64,000 bases of DNA from Azolla caroliniana (lineage: Eukaryota; Plantae; Polypodiophyta). Positions 61,354-64,000 of this stretch are shown piece by piece. Position 1 is the stretch's first letter. Each line of letters opens with the position of its first letter. The stretch covers positions 13,950,001 through 14,014,000 of the forward strand of contig JBHGNT010000003.1 in assembly GCA_043228905.1 (NCBI GenBank), given 5' to 3'. The position numbers and the translations under genes were made by a program. The notes beneath the pieces are model-generated. The model worked only from the letters and a program-made list of their open reading frames with translations, had not been told where the DNA came from and made no database searches.

Positions 61354-63989
61354 ATGCAAATGGGTATGGGTGTGTGTGGTCTTCTCTCCTTGCAAGAAGC
61401 CCTGCTGCCCTTGTCTCACCCCAACCCCAACCCCAGCCACAGCCACAGCCACAGCGACAGGGGAAGACGACGAAGAAACCATGACTCTTGCCCTGTTCAC
61501 GCTTCTTCTTCTTCTTCTGATGACCCACCTCCCACAACTCTCTCAGAAATTGGAAAACAGCAGCATGAGCTTGTCTTCGTCAAAAGACCTCCCTTCCCCT
61601 CCGATCACAATGGTGGGATTCTATCCACCATAGCAACCGACAAAACAGAGTTTTCTAGAAGCAGAGACTGTATCCCTGAGAAAGATGATGAAGCAGAAGG
61701 TATGTTAAAAGGTATCTAGCATCGTTTAAAGATGGTAACTTTTGCATAGAGGAAAGAAAGCATTGAAACCCTAAAATTTATATCAGGGGGTTGTTTGGCA
61801 CAGGAAGAAAAATGCCTCTTCAACATGGTGATCTTGACGGCGATAATGATCATGGATGCTTCACTCTGCAGAGACTCAGAAAAGAGCTTGCAAATGGAAG
61901 GTTGGAGAAAGCCATGGCAGAGCTCGAAGGACTGTCAAGAGCTGAGTTCTGCATTGATTCCAGCACGTATTCTATGCTTCTAAAGCAATGTGGCAAGGTG
62001 AAATCTCTAGTCTATGGGAAGCAAGTTCATAACCACATGATGAAGCATGATCTTGATCACCAAACATTTCTGGGAAATCATCTTATGGATATGTATAGGC
62101 GTTGTGGAGACCTCGATTCTGCCATTTTGGTATTTGATGGTCTGTATAATAAGAATGTGTTCTCCTGGACTATTATGATATCTTCTTATACAGAGCAAGG
62201 TTACCCTGAGAAAGCTCTTCGGCTTTTTAAGCAAATGCAGGATGAGAATGTGAAACCTGATAAGGTCACAATTAGTACTGTCGTCGGTGCTTGCTCTGCC
62301 ATTTGTGCACTGGAAGAAGGTAGAGAGATCCATCTAAAGATCAAAGATGGTGTATTAGAATCAGATATTTTTGTGGAGAGCACTCTTGTCAATATGTACG
62401 CGAAATGTGGATGCTTGGCTGAAGCACGAACAGTTTTTGAAAGCATGAGGTTGAGAAATGTAGTGGCATGGACGGTCATGATCACATCTTATGCACAACA
62501 TGATAACGGAGAGGAGGCTTTGATTCTTTTTAGAAGAATGGTCTCAGATGGTGTGAAACCAAACCCCTATACACTTGTTGGAGCTTTGACTGCATGTTCG
62601 AGTTTGCGGTCATTGGGGAGTGGCCGGAATATTCATGTTGCTGTGCTCCGACATGGGTTTGACTGTAATCTAACACTTGGAAATGCTCTCATTCACATGT
62701 ATGGCAAGTGTGGAAGCTGGGAATCATCATGGAATGTCTTCTGCAAGATGCATGATAAAGACGTAATCTCATGGACTTCCATGTTTGATGTCTATACAAT
62801 GCATGGGCGGACTAAAGATACCCTTCAGCTATTTGAGGAGATGCAATGGGAAGGTATAATTCCAGACAAAGTCACATTTTTGAGCATTCTCGCTGCATGT
62901 GCTGACCTTTCTGCCCATGAACAAGGCAAGAGAATACATGCATCGATCATCTCAAGAAAATTACACACGGATGAAATGCTGGGGAGTGCACTCATTCATA
63001 TGTATGGAAGATGTGGAGATGTTGAGGGTGCTCGTGAGGTTTTTGATAACATCCATGAACATAATGCGCATACATGGACCACGATGTTAACCGTATACTC
63101 TCAACATGGTCTCGGAAGGATGGCCCTTTCCCTATTTGATGAAATGCTCCATAAGCAAGTGAAGCCCAATGAAATCACTTTTGTGAGTGTTCTCTCAGCA
63201 TGTAGTCATGCGGGTTTAGTGACCGAGGGTTGGCACCATTTTGATTCGATTAGCAAAGTTTATGGCATGAGCCCGACATCTGAGCACTATGCATGTATGG
63301 TTGATTTGCTTGGGAGAGGTGGATTCTTGAAAGAGGCAGAAGATTTTATTCAACAAATGCCAATAGAACCTGATGTGCTTGTCTGGAGGACGATGCTTAG
63401 CGCATGTACAGTTTTTAATGATATTGAAAGAGGTAAAAGGGCAGCTGAAAAATGCATTGTTTTGGATCCAGGTTATGGTGCCCCCTACGTGTTGTTGTCC
63501 AACATCTATGCATTACGTGGTCAATGGAAAGAAGTGGCCAAAGTGAGAGAGCTTATGCAAGAGAATGGAGCAAAGAAACAACCTGGAAAGAGCTCGATTG
63601 AAATAAACGATAAGGTTCATGAATTTTTGGTGGATGATCATGTACATCCCCGAATACCAGAGATACGAGTGGAGCTTGATAAGTTATATAAAAAAATGGA
63701 AGAGGAAGGTTGCATTACAGAGATAAATGTAGTGTTGCATGATGTTGAGGAGGAAATTGATGTATCATTGATGAAATACCATAGTGAGAGACTGGCTATT
63801 GTATTTGGTCAGATCATGACACCTCCGAAGACAGTCATCCGCATACGAAAAAATCTGCGTGTATGTACCGATTGCCATGCGACCATTAAGAATATGTCGA
63901 AAATCCTGGATCGGGAAATAATTGTACGAGATTCTCATTATTTCCATCATTTCAAAGATGGAATCTGTTCATGCAAGGATTATTGGTGA
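61354..63989 (+). CDS. PLS-class PPR protein with E1-E2-DYW cytidine-deaminase domain (organellar RNA editing factor), ~843 aa
   Basis: The 732-aa ORF has ~14 P/L/S motifs, a PG box, HSERLA, CTDCH and a terminal DYW. Predicted exon 1 (61354-61699, transit-peptide-like) joins 61804 in frame through a GT-AG intron at 61700-61803; exon 1 is less certain. Confidence 0.93.
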
Positions 63990-64000
63990 GTGTTGCATAA

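Noticed and set aside
61079-61633. Several ORFs with poly-L/F/E/R runs
   Set aside because: Microsatellite-derived frames; only 61354-61699 splices in frame to the PPR ORF
61745-61790. Alternative PPR acceptors at 61749 and 61786
   Set aside because: The first hits an in-frame TGA and the second has the wrong phase for the 61700 donor

Overview
This is nuclear DNA from a land plant, probably a bryophyte or another seed-free lineage. That assignment is inferred from the retrotransposon types and the PLS-DYW PPR gene. There are two host genes: an apparently intact 21-exon DNA topoisomerase II on the minus strand (50033-42857) and a PLS-E-DYW PPR RNA-editing factor on the plus strand (61354-63989, one predicted intron). 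Positions 1-42.2 kb and 51-59.7 kb are nests of LTR retrotransposons up to four levels deep, and most boundaries can be fixed by TG..CA ends, primer-binding sites (PBS), polypurine tracts (PPT) and target-site duplications (TSD). An old integrase-less Copia is split by three Gypsy insertions. One is a tRNA-Trp-primed non-chromovirus that itself holds a solo LTR, a non-autonomous partner element and a Copia. Another is a self-priming Tcn1-like chromovirus holding a Copia, which holds a further solo LTR. The most striking pattern is that LTRs of several dissimilar Gypsy families carry a tRNA-derived A-box/B-box (Pol III/TFIIIC) cassette in U3. It is always antisense to the element and lies about 115-172 bp upstream of the LTR TATA box. 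Other highlights are Tf1-type self-priming with covarying 11-mers, a virus-like -1 frameshift signal after the protease, a Trp-primed parasite encoding half a Gag with a Trp-rich tail, and twin PPTs with a conserved hairpin in three Copia families. All coordinates were read by eye.
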